Made by a program: the position numbers and the translations under genes. A stretch of 64,000 nt of DNA. Source: Candidatus Bathyarchaeia archaeon (GTDB taxonomy: Archaea; Thermoproteota; Bathyarchaeia; Bathyarchaeales; Bathycorpusculaceae). The notes under the pieces were generated by a model. That model searched no databases. It was not told where the DNA came from and saw only the letters and a list, made by a program, of their open reading frames with translations. This document shows, one piece after another, positions 39,461 to 49,869 of this stretch (positions are counted from its first letter, which is position 1; the number at the start of each line of letters is the position of its first letter). Location of the stretch: positions 1-64,000 of the forward strand of contig JBEKXL010000008.1 in NCBI GenBank assembly GCA_049512075.1, given 5' to 3'.

Positions 39461-41143
39461 ATGTTTGACAAGAAAAAAATCGATGAATTGAAGAAGGAAC
39501 GCGAACGTTGGGAACAGACAACGTTGCCAAACTGGATCAGACAATCCAGCGAAAGGAAAAACGAATTCCGTAGCAGCTCCAACATGCCCATTAAACGGTT
39601 GTACACGCCCGAAGACGTCAAAGACCTGGACTATTTACAGGACCTAGGCTTCCCCGGGGAGTATCCTTTCCTTCGTGGTGTGCACGCTACGATGTACCGT
39701 GGCCGTTTTTGGACGATGCGGCAGTTCTCAGGGTTTGGAACAGCAGAACAGACGAACAAGCGTTTCAAATACCTCCTCAAAGAAGGCGAGACGGGCTTGA
39801 GCATTGCCTTTGACTATCCGACGATAATGGGCTACGATTCGGACCATCCCATGGGAAAAGGCGAAGTCGGCATATGTGGAGTTGCAATTTCGTCATTGAA
39901 AGACATGCAAGTTCTGCTGAATGGAATTCCACTTGACAAAGTCACCACGTCCATGACAATAAACGGACCCGCAGCCATGCTGCTGGCCATGTACGTTGCG
40001 GTAGGCGACAAGCAAGGCATATCAAGAGAAAAACTCGGTGGAACAACACAAAACGACAATCTGAAAGAGTACTTCGCTCAGAAGCTGTGCATATACCCGC
40101 CAAAATCCTCCGTGAAACTCACAACGGACATCATAGAGTACTGCGCGCGAAACTTGCAAAGGTGGAATCCCATAAGCATAAGTGGATATCACATCAGAGA
40201 AGCAGGCGCAAACGCCGTGCAAGAACTCGCATTCACCATTTACGATGGAATAACATACGTGGAATCCACTCTGCAGAGGGGACTGAAAGTTGATGAATTT
40301 GCCCACCGATTGTCATTCTTCTTCGCCTCGCACAACGACTTTTTCGAAGAACTGGCCAAGTTCAGAGCTGCCCGAAGACTTTGGGCAAAGCTCATGAAAG
40401 AACGTTTTCACGCCAAGAACCCAAGATCAATGTGGATGCGCATGCACGTTCAAACTTCCGGATGCACGCTCACGGCACAGCAACCCTTAAACAATATTAC
40501 TCGCACGACGATTCAGGCCTTGGCAGCAGTTCTAGGAGGAACACAATCATTGCACACGAATTCATTCGACGAAGCCTTAGCGCTGCCCGGCGAAGAAGCC
40601 GTCAGAGTTGCACTGAGAACACAGCAGATAATAGCCCATGAGAGCGGAGCAACAAACACGATAGACCCGTTAGCAGGTTCATACTACGTTGAAGCTTTAA
40701 CAAACGAAATGGAAGAAAAAGCCACGGAGTACATTCAAAAATTAGATGATATGGGCGGAGCAATGGTCGCCATAGAAAAAGGGTTCTTCCAAAAGGAAAT
40801 AGCCGACAGCTCCTACAAGTACCAGAAAGAAATAGACGAGAGGAAACGGACAATAGTCGGCGTAAACAACTACCAAATCGAGAAAGAAGAATATCCGATA
40901 AAGCTTTTGAGGGTAGACCCCAAGGTCGAAAAAGAACAAGTCGCCAACCTTCAGAACGTAAGAAAAACGAGAGATAACAGGAAGGCTGAAGAAATGCTTG
41001 ACAAGCTTGAGCTTTCAGCAGAAAAAGATGAAAACCTTATGCCTGCAATAATTGAAGCAGTCAAAGCCTATGCGACCCTTGGCGAAATCTGCAGCGTGCT
41101 GCGGAAAGTTTATGGAGAATACAAGGAGCTAATTGTAATTTGA
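39461..41143 (+). CDS. Methylmalonyl-CoA mutase, substrate-binding subunit
   Basis: PGEYPFLRG, WTMRQFSG, SMTIN, ISISGYHIREAG, QSLHTNSFDEA. Confidence 0.96.
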   Translation: MFDKKKIDELKKERERWEQTTLPNWIRQSSERKNEFRSSSNMPIKRLYTPEDVKDLDYLQDLGFPGEYPFLRGVHATMYRGRFWTMRQFSGFGTAEQTNKRFKYLLKEGETGLSIAFDYPTIMGYDSDHPMGKGEVGICGVAISSLKDMQVLLNGIPLDKVTTSMTINGPAAMLLAMYVAVGDKQGISREKLGGTTQNDNLKEYFAQKLCIYPPKSSVKLTTDIIEYCARNLQRWNPISISGYHIREAGANAVQELAFTIYDGITYVESTLQRGLKVDEFAHRLSFFFASHNDFFEELAKFRAARRLWAKLMKERFHAKNPRSMWMRMHVQTSGCTLTAQQPLNNITRTTIQALAAVLGGTQSLHTNSFDEALALPGEEAVRVALRTQQIIAHESGATNTIDPLAGSYYVEALTNEMEEKATEYIQKLDDMGGAMVAIEKGFFQKEIADSSYKYQKEIDERKRTIVGVNNYQIEKEEYPIKLLRVDPKVEKEQVANLQNVRKTRDNRKAEEMLDKLELSAEKDENLMPAIIEAVKAYATLGEICSVLRKVYGEYKELIVI

Positions 41144-41155
41144 AGAGGCGGAAAA

Positions 41156-41563
41156 ATGGAAGATGCAAGAAAGATTAGGGTTCTAATCGCGAAACCGGGC
41201 CTTGACAGTCACGACAGAGGCGCCAAAGTTGTTGCGAGAGCCCTCAGAGACGCTGGCATGGAGGTGATTTACACGGGTCTCAGACAGACCCCGGAACAGA
41301 TCGCTGAAACTGCCCTACAGGAAGACGTGGATGTTATAGGCCTGAGCATTCTTTCAGGTGCCCACAAGACTCTCTTCCCGAGAATAATGGAGCTCTTGAA
41401 AAAACAAGGGTTAACAGACGTGATGGTGTTCGCTGGAGGAATAATCCCCGAAGAAGACGTGTCTGAGATGAAAAAGCTGGGAATAAAGGAAATCTTTGGG
41501 CCAGGAACCACGACCGAAGAGATAATACGGTACGTGGTGGACAACCTCCCGAAAAGAGACTAA
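41156..41563 (+). CDS. Methylmalonyl-CoA mutase, cobalamin-binding subunit
   Basis: [22 protein letters not shown]. Confidence 0.96.
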   Translation: MEDARKIRVLIAKPGLDSHDRGAKVVARALRDAGMEVIYTGLRQTPEQIAETALQEDVDVIGLSILSGAHKTLFPRIMELLKKQGLTDVMVFAGGIIPEEDVSEMKKLGIKEIFGPGTTTEEIIRYVVDNLPKRD

Positions 41564-41582
41564 TCTCCTACGATGTGCAGAA

Positions 41583-42545
41583 GTGTTGACCAAAACTGAA
41601 GAAATCGCAGAAGGTGTTCTAAAAGGAGATCGCAGAAGCATAGCAAAAGCGATAACAATCATTGAAAACAGCATGCCTGGAGCGCAAGAACTGATTGCCC
41701 AGATTTTTCCTCACACGGGAAAAGCTCATGTCATAGGGTTGACCGGGGCGGGCGGGGCTGGAAAAAGCACGCTCATCGAGAAAATCGTCCGCGAGTACAG
41801 ACGAAAGGGCAAAACGGTGGGCGTCATCGCCGTAGATCCCACGAGTCCGTTCACTGGGGGGGCATTCTTAGGCGACAGGATTCGCATGCAGGAATTAAGC
41901 ACTGACGAGGGCGTTTACATAAGAAGCATGGCAACCCGCAACTACGCGGGCGGAATATCGAAAGCAACAAAAGACGCTGCCAAGATACTGGACGCAGCTG
42001 GAAAGGACGTAGTGATAGTCGAAACTGCCGGCGCCGGTCAATCTGAAGTTGAGATTGTCAAGGTGGCCCAAACAATAGTTGTCATGCACGCCCCAGGACT
42101 GGGAGACGAGATACAAGCGATAAAAGCGGGAATAATGGAGATAGCCGACATATTCGTGGTGAACAAGGCTGACCGAGAAAACGCAAACATGACCACGGTA
42201 GACATCCAAGCGATGCTCCAGATGAGCAACAAGAAAGGCGGATGGAAGCCCCCCGTGCTGAAAACAGTGGCGCTCACCGGCGAAGGCGTCCCAGAACTCA
42301 TCGAAAAACTGGAAGAACACAGATGCTTCCTTGAAGGCGACACAGAATGCAAGGAAAACCTGTTGAAAACCAAAGCTGAAGCTGAACTACAAGAGGCCAT
42401 AAAGGAAAGAATATCCAGAGCACTAATAGACCAACTTAAGAGAGAAGGAAAACTCGACGAACTTCTACGCGAAATCGTTGAGAAGAAGATAGATCCAGCT
42501 TCCGCAGCTGAAAAACTCGTCAAGAAAGCGATTAATGATGCCTAA
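41583..42545 (+). CDS. meaB: Methylmalonyl-CoA mutase-associated GTPase
   Basis: GAGGAGKST, VDPTSPFTGGAFLGDRIRM, NKAD. Confidence 0.96.
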   Translation: MLTKTEEIAEGVLKGDRRSIAKAITIIENSMPGAQELIAQIFPHTGKAHVIGLTGAGGAGKSTLIEKIVREYRRKGKTVGVIAVDPTSPFTGGAFLGDRIRMQELSTDEGVYIRSMATRNYAGGISKATKDAAKILDAAGKDVVIVETAGAGQSEVEIVKVAQTIVVMHAPGLGDEIQAIKAGIMEIADIFVVNKADRENANMTTVDIQAMLQMSNKKGGWKPPVLKTVALTGEGVPELIEKLEEHRCFLEGDTECKENLLKTKAEAELQEAIKERISRALIDQLKREGKLDELLREIVEKKIDPASAAEKLVKKAINDA

Positions 42546-43068
42546 GCTTGAGAAAGGACTCGTCCAAGTTTACACTGGAAACGGGAAAGGCAAAACGTCG
42601 GCGGCCTTGGGTCTTGCGCTCAGAGCAATAGGCAGAGGGCTTAAGGTCTACGTGATTCAGTTCATCAAGGGCGGGTTCGACTACGGCGAACTCCATGTAG
42701 TGGGCGGACTTCCAAACATCACTTTGAAAGCTTTCGGAAGAGGTAAGTTCATAACGGCGAAGCCACCTGAAAAAGAAGACGTCAAACTTGCTGAAGAAGC
42801 ACTCAGACTGGCAGAAGAAATCATTGAAAGCAGGGAATACGACATTGTTGTCCTAGACGAAATCAATGTTGCCCTAGACTTGAAACTCATAAAAATTCAA
42901 GAAGTCGTGGAAATGATAAAGAAGAAACCCGAGAACGTTGAGATTGTTCTGACCGGGCGCAACGCGCCTAGAGAGATAATCGACCTTGCAGACCTTGTGA
43001 CAGAGTTGAAGGAGATTAAGCATCCGTTCAGTAAGGGTTTCCAAGCTCGAAAAGGAATTGAATACTAG
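42535..43068 (+). CDS. cobO: Cob(I)alamin adenosyltransferase (CobO/BtuR)
   Basis: YTGNGKGKTSAA, QFIKG, LDEIN, LTGR, KHPF..G..ARKGIEY. Confidence 0.95.
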   Translation: MMPKLEKGLVQVYTGNGKGKTSAALGLALRAIGRGLKVYVIQFIKGGFDYGELHVVGGLPNITLKAFGRGKFITAKPPEKEDVKLAEEALRLAEEIIESREYDIVVLDEINVALDLKLIKIQEVVEMIKKKPENVEIVLTGRNAPREIIDLADLVTELKEIKHPFSKGFQARKGIEY

Positions 43069-43351
43069 GTTTTGCTACGACAAGACGCTTTGACTTAGAT
43101 AGTTCTTCACGGCATTATCTCTTTTTTTCGCAGGCAAGCGGGTAAATCTCCTTTGCTACGTATTCAAGGTACCGCTCTTTCTCTGTTAGATTGAAGATTG
43201 TGACCGAAGCATCTCGTGTTATGCCCACCACGTAGCCGTATTCTTTCGATCTTGCAACTACGCACCACAGGTCTCCGTGTTTACCGTAGTCCTCGAAGAG
43301 TGGAGTGTTTATCAGGTCTGCGCGCGCGCTAAACAGAGGTGTATATATCAG

Positions 43352-43534
43352 TTGGAAAATCGAGAAATGTTCAAGGCCACTTGCGCTGAGTGTGGAAAAT
43401 CATGCGAACTCCCCTTTAAGCCGGATGGTACTAGACCGGTGTTTTGTCGAGAGTGTTATTCGAAGCGCCGACATGTCGGACGTGGTTTAAGGCATTTTGC
43501 GGACCAGAAAGACGCCGCTTGGGCTCATCCATGA
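43352..43534 (+). CDS. CxxC-x17-CxxC domain protein
   Basis: REMFKATCAECG..CELPFKP...PVFCRECY. Confidence 0.85.
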   Translation: MENREMFKATCAECGKSCELPFKPDGTRPVFCRECYSKRRHVGRGLRHFADQKDAAWAHP

Positions 43535-43969
43535 GACATGCCAAAAACAAGTTTTTCAGTGCAACTTTAACAGCGCGCGCTCATCTAGAACTATCTTCCA
43601 CAAGCTATATTTGCGCTGTACTGAGTATCAATATTGAAGGAGAGGGAGAAGGGATAGAGGGAAAGGGCAACTGGGAAAGGAGAAAGGATAGAAAAATGTG
43701 CCCTTCCCCTCAACCTTCTGCAATATTCTTTGCAGTTGCTACTTAAAACCTTGTCGGCGCACGCGTTATAAAAAGAAGAACCCACACGCGCTATGAACTC
43801 ACGAACACATAATGCTCGCTCATAACGAGCAGGCTGTGAAGCGCGCGCTACTGTAACTTTATTTTCTATGAAAGATTGTTACACAAATTTAATATGTGAA
43901 AACAACTTAACAGTCTCTGAAAGCCAGAAAGCGCTGAGTTATACATTCGAACGGGAGAAAGGAAATGGA

Positions 43970-45133
43970 ATGAAAACAGTGAAGATTAGGCTTCTGTTCA
44001 TGATATTCATGACTCTTGTTTCTCTTCTAGCAGCATCAATTATCATTAAGACAACACACGCACAGACAAATCCAGTGTACTTAAGCATGGAACTGGTGGC
44101 GACTCCGCCTTTGCAGGATCTTGACGCAAGCGCCAACGTGTTGGAAACGCCGTCCACGCCGACACCCATAGGTCAAAATTTCACGGTTGAAATACACCTG
44201 AGAGGGGCAACCGTCTCCAACATCCCGAATGGGCTTTTTGCAGTTGAGGTCAATTTCAACTTTAGCAACATTTTGTCGTACGCGATTCCAACAGATTTCA
44301 CAAATTACCTAGGACAGCCCGGCGGAGTGCTGAACCCGCCGCTATTTACCGGCACTACGTATGGTGACTTCTACAATTCGTCTGGCGGAGGCGTTGTGGG
44401 ATATGAAGGACTGGGGATAACCGATGTTGGAGGGTGGAACGCTGCTGACGGTCTAGTGGCGACGATAACTTTTCATATAATAAAACAGCCTCAAGGCAGT
44501 CGCGGCGAACCCACAGTACACCTCAGTTTGGAGTGTGTATCGGATTTGGTCACGTTAATACAGACGTACGGCGGGGGAATCGGTCCAATAAGGACGATGG
44601 ACTGGGTCGCTCTGTCAGTGATTCACGGTGCTGTTCAGGGCAGCTTGACGATTGATGCTCTTGACAAGACTGTTGTCGTCATCGGTCAAACCGCCAACGT
44701 AACCGTTCTAGTTGCAAACTATGGAAGCTTCGATGCGACCTTCAACGTCACAGCCTATGCTAACGCAACCTCAATTGCATCAGAAAACGTCACACTTGTG
44801 AGCGGAGCCTCCACGGTCATAACCTTCAGCTGGAATACTTATGGCAATGTGTACGGCAACTACTACGTAAACGCATCCGCATACCCAGTCCTAGGCGGAA
44901 CAAACATGGCAAACATCACTTGGCAAGACCCATGGATCATTGTGACGGGTAAAGGCGACATCAACGGAGACTTCAAAGTTGGCCTTTCCGACCTATCCAT
45001 GCTGGCAAAGGCCTACAATTCAACGCCGGACAGGCCCAACTGGAACCCCAACGCGGACCTAAACGATGACGGCAAAGTCAGCCTCTCAGACCTATCCATA
45101 CTAGCAAAAAGCTACAATCAACACTACCCCTAA
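43970..45133 (+). CDS. Secreted protein: cohesin-like, CARDB and C-terminal dockerin domains
   Basis: Signal peptide; GQNFTVEIHL...ATITFHI; CARDB-like ANVTVLVANYG..FSWNT; GDINGDFKVGLSDL...DLNDDGKVSLSDLSILAKSY. Confidence 0.85.
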   Translation: MKTVKIRLLFMIFMTLVSLLAASIIIKTTHAQTNPVYLSMELVATPPLQDLDASANVLETPSTPTPIGQNFTVEIHLRGATVSNIPNGLFAVEVNFNFSNILSYAIPTDFTNYLGQPGGVLNPPLFTGTTYGDFYNSSGGGVVGYEGLGITDVGGWNAADGLVATITFHIIKQPQGSRGEPTVHLSLECVSDLVTLIQTYGGGIGPIRTMDWVALSVIHGAVQGSLTIDALDKTVVVIGQTANVTVLVANYGSFDATFNVTAYANATSIASENVTLVSGASTVITFSWNTYGNVYGNYYVNASAYPVLGGTNMANITWQDPWIIVTGKGDINGDFKVGLSDLSMLAKAYNSTPDRPNWNPNADLNDDGKVSLSDLSILAKSYNQHYP

Positions 45134-45280
45134 CCCTTTTCCTAATTCACAAAAATCTTTAATCAGCACAGCTTTCATGTCTTTGGAAGTTTGACTTCTG
45201 TTTTGTTGATAAAGAAGAAAAAAGATGACGTAGGTCAGCCTATCAGGTACACGCTGACCGAAAGCGTGCGCGCTATAATG

Positions 45281-45451
45281 ATGGTTAGAAGTTACATACT
45301 CACAAAACATGAAAGACAAATTCTTGAAAGAGCCCTAGAAACAGGAGACAAACTTGACGGCTACGCCGTCTTAACTCATCATCTGCGTCGAGCTCAGAAA
45401 CAACTCAAGGCAGATCTTGATTTAATCCAAAAAGCTGTCAAAACTGAATGA
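45281..45451 (+). CDS. Small hypothetical protein
   Basis: 56-aa helical ORF MVRSYILTKHERQILE. Confidence 0.55.
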   Translation: MVRSYILTKHERQILERALETGDKLDGYAVLTHHLRRAQKQLKADLDLIQKAVKTE

Positions 45452-45553
45452 CATATTTACTATCTAATTGCGTAGACTATAGCAGTTTTCTCCCAAATTG
45501 CTTTAATAAGAGATTTTGGCCTCTATTAGTGCTACCTAGAGGCAAAAACATCA

Positions 45554-47506
45554 ATGCTGATCCAAGAGGTCATCCTTGAAAACTTCATGTCGTACGAGTA
45601 TGCGAGGGTACCGTTTAGGTCTGGCGTGAATGTTATTTGCGGACCGAACGGTTCGGGAAAATCGTCGCTGTTACTCGCAATTTCCGTAGCCCTTGGACAG
45701 TCTTACACAGAGCGTTCCAGAAAACTCAGTGACCTGATACGCTGGAACAAGGAACAAGCTCGTGTTACTCTGATTTTGGACAATAGCAGGGCAGGCAAGA
45801 ACAGGCCTGTGCCGAAATTCAATAAGGACCAGATTTTTCTCACAAGGGTCCTGCGTCGTGACGGCAACTACTGGTTTGAACTTGAAAACCGAGCGGTCAC
45901 AAAAAACGATGTTGAGAGGCTTCTCGGCAAATTAGGCGTTGACCCGGACAACATACTCATCATCATGCATCAGAACATGGTTGAACAGTTCACGGTGCTT
46001 TCCATACAGGAAAAACTGCGCATAGTCGAAGCAGCCGTTGGGCTTGAGCCTTACCGTGAAAACGTGCTGCAAGCCCAGAGAAAGCTAACCCGCATACTGA
46101 GTCAAGAGGACTCCATGGGCAAGCTTCTGGAGTCAGCTGAGCAGACGCTCAACTACTGGAGAGAACAATACGATAGGTACCAAGAAAAGAAGCAATTGCA
46201 GACGAAGAGAAGGTTTCTCGAAAGGGAGCTTGCCTGGGCAGAAGTGGCAAGAAGAGAGGAAACGCTCAGACAGTTGGAAGCCAACAGAAAGAAGGAACAT
46301 GAAACTCTAATCCAAATAGAAGAAGAGGAAAAATCGGTCAAGGGTAATCTGCAGGACCAACAGGACGAAAGTGGAAAACTGAGAAATGGTTGGAAGGTAC
46401 TCATTGATGAACGGTTGAGCTTGGAACGTGAAAGAGCCACAAACGCGTCAACAATCTCGCTATGCGAACAACTGCAGAAGGAAACTGCTATGATATATTC
46501 CCTCGTCGAGAACCAGTCCGTCAAAGCAGACCCGTTGACCAGAGAAAACTCACAGTTTAAACTCCTAAGAACCGGATACGTGAAAGATCTAATACAGAAC
46601 TCCAATGAGCAACTGTCAAAGCTAGACGTCCAGATAAACGGGAACGAAACAAGAACTCGGGAACTAGAAGAGATGGTCGAAAAAGTCAACAGCCAAGTCT
46701 TGGAAATTCGGATCAAACTGGCTTTATTGCAATATCGCATGGAAACGGCAAAGACTAATTTGAAAGAACTGGAGAGATCACTTTCGGATGCGCGGGTACG
46801 AGCTGAAGAATCAACGAAGAAAGCGGAGCAAGCCGGCGCCAGAATTGCCGCAATAAAAGATGTCGGAGAAATTCTGGACGAGATAAGGGTAACCGAAGGA
46901 CACCTGGCTGCACTATCTGACGTTTCGGAAGACGTAGAGCGCATGTACGAATCTTACTCAAAACTCTACTTGGAATTGAAGGAGAAAGCCCAGCTTGTTG
47001 CCGAAAACCGCGAAAAGACTTTGGAAGAAGTGAAGACAAGGATGCAGTCTTGGCGAACCGTCATACATAACCTTCTGGACCGCGTCAATCTCGAATACCA
47101 AAAGATCCTAGTTCAAACACAAGCCGTGGGCGAGGTCAGGCTTGCCAACGAGAACGACATAGAAGGAGCCGGCCTGGAAATACTGGTAGGTTTCAAAGGA
47201 GGCAAACCAGTTCCGCTTGACTCCTACACCCAAAGCGGCGGGGAGAGAACAACTGCCACGATGAGTTTCCTTCTGGCCTTGCAGCAGCATGTCCGCTCAC
47301 CTTTCCGTGCCGTTGATGAATACGACATTCACATGGATCCAAAGAACCGGGAGCTGATTGCCCAGATCCTTATCTCCGCGGTGAACGACTCAAGCGCTCA
47401 ATACCTCATTATAACACCCAGTCAAATAACATTCGCAAAGGAATATGTGAACATAGTCACCGTGCAGAACATCGATGGTAAATCAGTAATCCGAGGGGTG
47501 GTTTGA
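45554..47506 (+). CDS. Short Smc5/6-like SMC ATPase
   Basis: ENFMSY, GPNGSGKSS, coiled coil, QSGGER, SPFRAVDEYDIHMD. Confidence 0.9.
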   Translation: MLIQEVILENFMSYEYARVPFRSGVNVICGPNGSGKSSLLLAISVALGQSYTERSRKLSDLIRWNKEQARVTLILDNSRAGKNRPVPKFNKDQIFLTRVLRRDGNYWFELENRAVTKNDVERLLGKLGVDPDNILIIMHQNMVEQFTVLSIQEKLRIVEAAVGLEPYRENVLQAQRKLTRILSQEDSMGKLLESAEQTLNYWREQYDRYQEKKQLQTKRRFLERELAWAEVARREETLRQLEANRKKEHETLIQIEEEEKSVKGNLQDQQDESGKLRNGWKVLIDERLSLERERATNASTISLCEQLQKETAMIYSLVENQSVKADPLTRENSQFKLLRTGYVKDLIQNSNEQLSKLDVQINGNETRTRELEEMVEKVNSQVLEIRIKLALLQYRMETAKTNLKELERSLSDARVRAEESTKKAEQAGARIAAIKDVGEILDEIRVTEGHLAALSDVSEDVERMYESYSKLYLELKEKAQLVAENREKTLEEVKTRMQSWRTVIHNLLDRVNLEYQKILVQTQAVGEVRLANENDIEGAGLEILVGFKGGKPVPLDSYTQSGGERTTATMSFLLALQQHVRSPFRAVDEYDIHMDPKNRELIAQILISAVNDSSAQYLIITPSQITFAKEYVNIVTVQNIDGKSVIRGVV

Positions 47507-48327
47507 TGCTTCCCGAGAGAGAACAAAAAAAACTCGGCAGGGAGAAGCTTCAGCGTATAATTGAAACATGCAAGTCCATTGAAGGACGCTCGCTTGACCC
47601 GTTCCTGATAGACGTTAAGGATAACATAGACACAGTGAAAAAATACTTTCCAGAATGGAAGATTCCAGAAGACCTGTGTTTAGACGCTGAAACAATACAT
47701 CAACTGGCGTCCGTCATAAAGCTTCAAAGCGAATGGGTCAAACACCGCTCAACGACACTCTACACAGACCCGTTTCTATTGGATGAAAAAATCAGACGAA
47801 TAGAAAAGGTGGACATTGTCAGGACCTTCGTTAAGGTCTGGCATCCAATAGTCGAGTTGGAGCAGGTCTCGATTCAGAGTCTGGCAGAAGCATTGAGATA
47901 TTGGGAAAGCTTGGTTCCGCTAAATGAAAGATGGAATGAAATGGCGCCGACAGAAGTCGGGTCAGGCACTGCAACCAGGGAAGAGCTTGTCAATCAGAGA
48001 ATCTTGCGTGACGAGACCTTTTCCCAAGAATTGGAAGATTTTTGGCGAGAACTGAAGAGTCAAGTTGCGAAGAATGGTGAAAACGGGAAGATTCGATACC
48101 AGAGTTTCGTCTATGCGGAGACGTACAAAGAAACCGTGAACAGAGCCTTCATGACGAGCTTTCTGGTTACCTACGGTTACGCAACCTTGGAAATTCATCC
48201 GTTGGAAGAAGAAATGTTCATAGTGCCTTATGAAAAACCGGCAGTCAAGACCGGCGGCAAACAATTGGTGTCGATTCCTATAGCCCTGACTGCGGAAGAT
48301 TGGGAGAAATGGAAGAGGGGTGAATAG
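47503..48327 (+). CDS. Putative kleisin (ScpA/Nse4-like) partner of the SMC
   Basis: Overlaps the smc stop; LDPFLIDV N-terminus and C-terminal wHTH-like segment; call rests largely on context. Confidence 0.6.
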   Translation: MMLPEREQKKLGREKLQRIIETCKSIEGRSLDPFLIDVKDNIDTVKKYFPEWKIPEDLCLDAETIHQLASVIKLQSEWVKHRSTTLYTDPFLLDEKIRRIEKVDIVRTFVKVWHPIVELEQVSIQSLAEALRYWESLVPLNERWNEMAPTEVGSGTATREELVNQRILRDETFSQELEDFWRELKSQVAKNGENGKIRYQSFVYAETYKETVNRAFMTSFLVTYGYATLEIHPLEEEMFIVPYEKPAVKTGGKQLVSIPIALTAEDWEKWKRGE

Positions 48328-48889
48328 AGTGAGCAAGAGGAAAGCTTACTATGCGAGTAAGCTCAAACGAGCCACCCACATGCTGTTTTACAAGAGGCAC
48401 AAGAAACCTGGAGTCAAGGGTTGGGAGCTTCGGAAGACGATAGGCTCAGATTACCCGAAAGTTCTGAAAATAATGGACGACTTCTTGAAACCGCTCGACC
48501 TGCAAGTCAAAACTGTCTTCGAAGAAGAAAAGCAGGTTGAAAAACCCACTCAGGAACAGTTGGACAAAGCCAGATTCCTCATAGAATTGCGAGGGGAATT
48601 GGCACCTAAAGAAGCTAAGATGATAGGCTGGCGAATAGACGACCTTGCAGGACTGGCGATTGCTATCTCCTACATAATATCCAAGAAAGGAAAATCCCCG
48701 AGAAAGGAAGTTGACGAACTACTGCGGGAAAAACTTCCTGGATGGAAAGTCGGCATCAACATTGACAGATATGTCAGATACGGGTATCTAGCCCAAGACG
48801 AAAACGAACAACTGTACCTGGACTGGAGAACACGTGCAGAGGTAGATCAAAAAGCGCTTGTGGATCTGCTTCTCAGAGCCGAATCGTAG
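48320..48889 (+). CDS. Putative kite (tandem winged-helix, ScpB/Nse1-3-like) subunit
   Basis: Overlaps the preceding gene; two WH-like segments ending YLDWRTRAEVD; call rests largely on context. Confidence 0.55.
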   Translation: MNRVSKRKAYYASKLKRATHMLFYKRHKKPGVKGWELRKTIGSDYPKVLKIMDDFLKPLDLQVKTVFEEEKQVEKPTQEQLDKARFLIELRGELAPKEAKMIGWRIDDLAGLAIAISYIISKKGKSPRKEVDELLREKLPGWKVGINIDRYVRYGYLAQDENEQLYLDWRTRAEVDQKALVDLLLRAES

Positions 48890-48900
48890 CTTGCTGCTCT

Positions 48901-49080
48901 CTATTTTCTTATCCGGTGGTACAAGGAAGCTAAAGCGGCTATGACGACTACGGCGGCGAGTATGAGCAGTGGACTGCCCAGGAACTGTGCGGCAAAGGTC
49001 TCATTCGCAGCGTGAACAACTTCGGCCAAAGCAAGCATCATAAAGAGCGAACACAAGGCTGGTACTGCAGCATGTTTCAT
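48901..49080 (-). CDS. Small membrane protein (59 aa, not in the ORF track)
   Basis: MKHAAVPALCSLFMMLALAEVVHAANETFAAQFLGSPLLILAAVVVIAALASLYHRIRK; starts 19 bp after the nusA stop. Confidence 0.65.
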   Translation of the reverse strand: MKHAAVPALCSLFMMLALAEVVHAANETFAAQFLGSPLLILAAVVVIAALASLYHRIRK

Positions 49081-49099
49081 GGTATAACCTTCTGGGAAT

Positions 49100-49537
49100 C
49101 TATGTTATGCTGACGTTTTGTATTTGGAAGTATCTCTTCATCAGGAATCGCAAGCGCTCGGCGTTTCGGCCGTTCTTTCCTATGGCTACGCCTTTGTCCT
49201 TGGGGTTTACGGCCACAACCGCGATGGTTTTGCCATCAGGTCTTTCGGTGAGGCGAACTTCTTGGACCAAAGCTGGTTTCAAAGCGTTCTTGATGAACTG
49301 TGCGGGTTCTTCCGCATACTCGATTATTTCGTGTTTCTTCCCCGTCATCCTCTCTAGAGTGTGAATGTTTCTTCCGCCTCTTCCAATTGCAACTCCGACT
49401 TGGCCTTGCCCAACAACGTAGAGCACGCGTCCCTGCTCTTCATCGATTATGCAGTCTTTGACACTCGCGCTGGTTATGCTTTCAAAAAGCGCGATGTAAC
49501 GCATTTCGGTGCTCGTGAACTTTATTCCGCTAGTCAT
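49100..49537 (-). CDS. nusA: Archaeal NusA
   Basis: Two KH domains (AIGRGGRNI, AIGKNGRN). Confidence 0.96.
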   Translation of the reverse strand: MTSGIKFTSTEMRYIALFESITSASVKDCIIDEEQGRVLYVVGQGQVGVAIGRGGRNIHTLERMTGKKHEIIEYAEEPAQFIKNALKPALVQEVRLTERPDGKTIAVVAVNPKDKGVAIGKNGRNAERLRFLMKRYFQIQNVSIT

Positions 49538-49869
49538 TCGTTTCCTCCGTTGGGTTCCTCGGCTTCAGTGGTCTCCGTTAGCTTGAGGATTTCTGAGTCG
49601 CCTGGCTCTCTTATACTTAACGCTGAGACGCTGAAGGGCTTACCGCACACAGCGGCCAGGTCCAAGGATGTACCCTTGTAGATTATCAAAGGAACCTTCG
49701 AGAGTTTTGAATAGTACTCTATGTCTCCTCGAACATTTTTTGGACAGTTTGCGGCTAGGATTATCAGTTTAGCTTTACCTGTTTGAGCGTTTTGCACTGC
49801 GGAGCTTGCTCCGAGAGACACCTTGCCAGTTTTTACCGCCGTGGAAATTGCCTTGTCTACGTCTATCAT
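49534..49869 (-). CDS. rpl30e: 50S ribosomal protein L30e
   Basis: AVKTGKVSLG, AKLIILAANCP, CGKPF, PGDSEI. Confidence 0.97.
   Translation of the reverse strand: MIDVDKAISTAVKTGKVSLGASSAVQNAQTGKAKLIILAANCPKNVRGDIEYYSKLSKVPLIIYKGTSLDLAAVCGKPFSVSALSIREPGDSEILKLTETTEAEEPNGGNE

Noticed and set aside
46153-46944. Long antisense ORFs (this one and those opposite rpo1, rpo2, metG, rnhB)
   Set aside because: Shadow frames of well-supported genes on the other strand.
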